This document shows positions 55,545-59,862 of a stretch of 59,862 nt of DNA, one piece after another. Made by a program: the position numbers and the translations under genes. The notes under the pieces were generated by a model that did not search any database, had not been told where the DNA came from, and saw only the letters and a list, made by a program, of their open reading frames with translations. Numbering within the stretch: position 1 is the stretch's first letter; each line of letters starts with the position of its first letter. The DNA comes from Eledone cirrhosa (lineage: Eukaryota): the NCBI GenBank assembly GCA_964016885.1, contig CAXHJY010000777.1, forward strand, positions 1 to 59,862. Direction: 5' to 3'.

Positions 55545-56189
55545 GCACTCCTATATATTACATTACGCAATTCTGTTATTTGTTCTAGGGTGGTGGATTG
55601 GCAGTATTGGTAGAGGGTCGGACGCCATACTATGACGTATAGAGTTACGGCCCTTGCCTTTCTGAGTTCAAATCCCGCCAAGGTTAACTTTGTCTTTCAT
55701 CCTTACGGGGTCGATAAAATAAAGTACCAGTAATGCACTGGGTAATTGCTGGCCTTGTGCCTAACGTAGAAACAGTTATTTGTTCTAGGCTAAAGTTATT
55801 TAATGCATTTAATGCTTTTATTTGGTTCTACTTGTCTTTTCAATTTACATTGACTTTAATGCCTATTCTACTTCTTTTGGGATTATGTTTCCATTAGAAT
55901 CTTCATATTTGGTGATAGGTGGTCTGTTGCCATCACAGTTAAGTCTTTTTTAAAAATGTTTTTAGCATATGTCATGGCAATCTTCCTATGTTCTAACAAT
56001 GCCTTCTTGTTTTTTTGTCTTTAATGCTATGACTTTTTTTAATTAACTATCTGTTGTTTGTGATCTCTATTATTTTGTCATACATTTATTTAAATTTATT
56101 TAAATTTACAATATCTTTGATTAAAAACAATTCTATATTGGTGCTTCAGTCATTTACTGTTTTTCTTTTACATTCAGATAAGGAGAATT

Positions 56190-57300
56190 CTTGATTTACA
56201 GTGTTATATCTTATAAATTTACCCTGTTATATTTATCCCATGGTATTTACAGTGGTCTACCAACCATATTTATAGTGGTATATATATCATATATACAGTG
56301 ATATATCTATCATATACATGATGTTTTATCTCTCATATTTACTGTGGTATACCTACAATATTTACAGTGGTATATCTATCATAATTCCAGTGCTATATTT
56401 ATCATAATTCCAGTGCTATATCTACCATATTTATGGTGGTGTATCTATCTTACAGTATTATATCTATCATATTCACAGTGGTATATCTATTATATTTACA
56501 GTGATATATCTATCATATTTACAGTGGTATATCAACCATATTTATGATGTTATAGCTATCATATTTACAATGATATATCTATCATATTTACAGTAGTGGT
56601 ATATCTATAATATTTATAGTGGTATATTATCTATCTTACAGTGATATATCTATCATATTTACAGTGGTATATCTACCATATTTATGATGTTGTAGCTAAC
56701 ATATTTATAGTGGTACATTTACAATGATATATCTATCATATTTACAGGGGTGGTATATCTATAATATTTATAGTGGTATATCTATCTTACAGTGGTATAT
56801 CTATCTTACAGTGATATATCTATCTTACAGTGGTATATCTATCATATTTATGATGTTGTAGCTAACATATTTATAGTGGTACATTTACAATGATATATCT
56901 ATCATATTTACAGGGGTGGTATATCTATAATATTTATAGTGGTATATCTATCTTACAGTGGTATATCTATCTTACAGTGATATATCTATCTTACAGTGGT
57001 ATATCTACCATATTTATGATGTTGTAGCTAACATATTTATAGTGGTACATTTACAATGATATATCTATCATATTTACAGGGGTGGTATATCTATAATATT
57101 TATAGTGGTATATCTATCTTACAGTGGTATATCTATCTTACAGTGATATATCTATCTTACAGTGATATATCTACCATATTTATGATGTTGTAGCTAACAT
57201 ATTTATAGTGGTATATTTACAATGATATATCTATCATATTTCCAGAGGTGGTATATCTATACTATTTACAGTGACATATCTATCATATTTATGATGCTAT
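56190..57300. repeat. Minisatellite of ~18-23 bp units with 166-bp higher-order period
   Basis: CAGGGGTGG at 56745, 56911 and 57077. Confidence 0.9.
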
Positions 57301-59047
57301 TTTACTTGAATTCTTATATTTTTACTTTCTTCAGAATTCCACTAGTCATTAATTTTCTTCTCCTTTCCAAGCAGTGTCTTCTTTAGCGATGTTTACATGA
57401 AACTTCTAAGTGTGTTCTATTTGTTTTAGCTTCGTCTTTATCATATTGTTCAAGAAATTTTCATTGTTTAATGAGTGAATATTCGTATTTGTTTTATATC
57501 TCATATTTGCCCATTATATTCCTACTTGTATTGTCTGTTTTAGCTATTTTAATTGTTCTTCTACTTTTAGCCATTTTTTTTGTCTTAAGTTTGATTTGTA
57601 ATTAAAGTACAACTCCAACTATGATCAGAATAGATATTTGCTCAAGGGTATGTTTTTTTACAAGTTTCATACAGTTTCTAAACTATCATTTTCTCAGCAT
57701 ATAAATTATCTGATTTCTTGATAAATTATCTGTTTTATCATTTTCTAGGAGATTGCTAGAGTAGAATGTTGGTGATGTATTTTTTGACAAAACAAAACAA
57801 CAACCCAAAAAACCAACAAAAACAAAAATATATATTTACTGCCTTCTTTCCTTAGATTTGTGTTGGGTGTTAATTTCATTTACTAAGGATTGTTTAATAG
57901 AATTTTAATTTTTGGTTCCTAATTTTTCCATCTTTTTGTGTTAGTAGTGTAAAACGCCTTTATATACACTAACCCATGCTAGCGTGGGAAATGGATGTTA
58001 AACGATGATTATTATTATTATTATTTGTTCTATGAGGGCGGTGGGGTTGGCAGTATCAGTAGAGGGTCGGACGCCATGCTTTGACGCATATAGTTACAGC
58101 CCTTGCCATTCTGAGTTCAAATCCCGCCGAGGTCAACTTTACCTTTCATCCTTAAGGGGTCAATACAATAAAGTACCAGTAATACACTGGGATAATTGCT
58201 GGCCTTGTGCCAAAAGTAGAAACAATTATTATTATTATTATTATTATTATTTGTTCTATTGAGATAAATGGTACATTATTCATACTATGAAATTATCTGA
58301 TTTCTTGATAAATTATTTGAGCTCATCCATGTTGGGCTCATCCATATCTAGGAGATCGCTAGAGTAGAGTGTTGGTGATAAAGTATTTCTTTGACAAAAC
58401 CCTCGCCAAAAAACCAACAAAAACAAAATGGCTCAGGCAGTCACATTTTTCAATTCTTTCACCTAATTCTGATTGACCTCTATGTGGGTTGTTGTTTTTT
58501 CCGCCTTGCTGGCTTTTGTATTAAGATATCCCATTATATTACTTTGATATAAATGTAGTTTCTTTAGCTTTGGTGTTATAATTCTCTCTCTTCAACATGG
58601 CGTCCATGTATAGGAGTGTATACATCTGTAATATTCATACTGAAAGATATTCCTTGTAGTTTCATTATCAATCTATTGTTCAGTATGCAATTAGGAATTG
58701 TGATATGACATTACTGTTATCCCTCCTGTTCCTTTGCTATATTTTATGTGGTTTCTATGCAACAATGGTGGATGTACTTTATGGAAGGAAAATGCACTTA
58801 TCTTCTTGTTGATGCTGTGCTTCTTGGAAAAGGCTAGATGACTTGTAGTGGCAGGGGTTATAAATCTATGTACATATATATGTGTGTGTGTGTGTGTGTG
58901 CGTTTGTGTGATGTATGTATATGTATGTATATATATATGAATATAAACATACATACACATATATATATAAATAAATATCTATATCTATATATATCTATAT
59001 ATATATCTATATCTATATCTATATATCTATATATCTATATATCTATA

Positions 59048-59150
<103 letters not shown>

Positions 59151-59182
59151 ATATAGCTATATATATACATATATATATATAT

Positions 59183-59764
59183 GGTAACATGTATCCCAGT
59201 ACAACCTATCCCATGGTCGGGTCGTTGGCGACTAAACTGGCAACCCCACCAAGGTTTCTTGGTGAGGAGGGTGACTTTGGACATCCTGCAGGACTAAAAA
59301 CAAAATCTGTCAAAGGGCAAAGGAGCTCTTAAGAGTCAATGGCCATCCAAAATGACCGGGAGAGATGACCCCTTAGCCTTTGTCAAGGCAGAATTCTAGG
59401 AGAAGGAAAACTCTGATATAACACCTGCAACTCTGATGGCATCCAATGATGTTGACTTGTTCTTCTTTCTGGTAAATATCATCTTGGTTAAGAGAGTGGG
59501 ACTGGCTTTGTGCAGTGCCTTTGCTCACTATAAAAGCTTCACGGCACAGGCATTGCTTTATATCCGGAGATCTCTCTGCACTTGTCGTCACATGGTACCA
59601 TGGGCCCAGCACTATGTGTCAGTAATTGTCACAAGTGTAGTGTTTGTACCAGAGTTTTCAAGTCGCTGGCTGGACTAAAAAGTCACACTCGTTCAGCGCA
59701 TCGGTAGGGGTTCTCCTACATGGATATAAAGTAGTGGCCGTACTCGAAAACGAGTTGGCAGCCA

Positions 59765-59768
<4 letters not shown>
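59183..59768 (+). mobile_element. ~590-bp non-autonomous RTE-derived element, third copy
   Basis: Near-identical to 33659-34244; embedded in (TA)n. Confidence 0.8.
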
Positions 59769-59841
<73 letters not shown>

Positions 59842-59862
59842 ATATATCACATATATAATATC

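Larger units (their letters stand above)
53820..57900 (-). mobile_element. Ancient, heavily decayed RTE LINE interrupted by insertions and minisatellites
   Basis: APE remnants (SRNQI...RNC...KTYP.ANIYSDH) at ~57580-57780; RT-distal remnants (STVMYG...RRLLRIP...HKTN) at ~54010-54160. Confidence 0.65.

Overview
AT-rich eukaryotic intronic or intergenic DNA saturated with (TA)n and other microsatellites. The SINE and LINE repertoire points to a cephalopod, probably an octopus (inference). There is no intact protein-coding gene. Almost all listed ORFs are microsatellite translations; the real coding remnants are RTE, CR1/L2-like and RLE (HERO and R4-like) LINE fragments, mariner and hAT-like transposase fragments, and one or two candidate minus-strand host exons. 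The main hidden signal is RNA structure. About ten unrelated short repeat families sit in or beside (TA)n tracts, form fold-back inverted repeats or partial tandems, and carry complete or half type I hammerhead ribozymes (HHRs), as expected for Penelope-like pseudo-LTRs or retrozymes. Several have variant cores (CCGA, CAGA, U3-A8). The most unusual observation is at 6697-6770, with a decayed parallel in a HERO LINE 3' UTR at 7840-7910. Here all hammerhead core nucleotides are present but the three strands run in a non-canonical order, joined through a canonical kink-turn: a candidate new pseudoknotted hammerhead topology. All structures were read by eye, and no activity is demonstrated.
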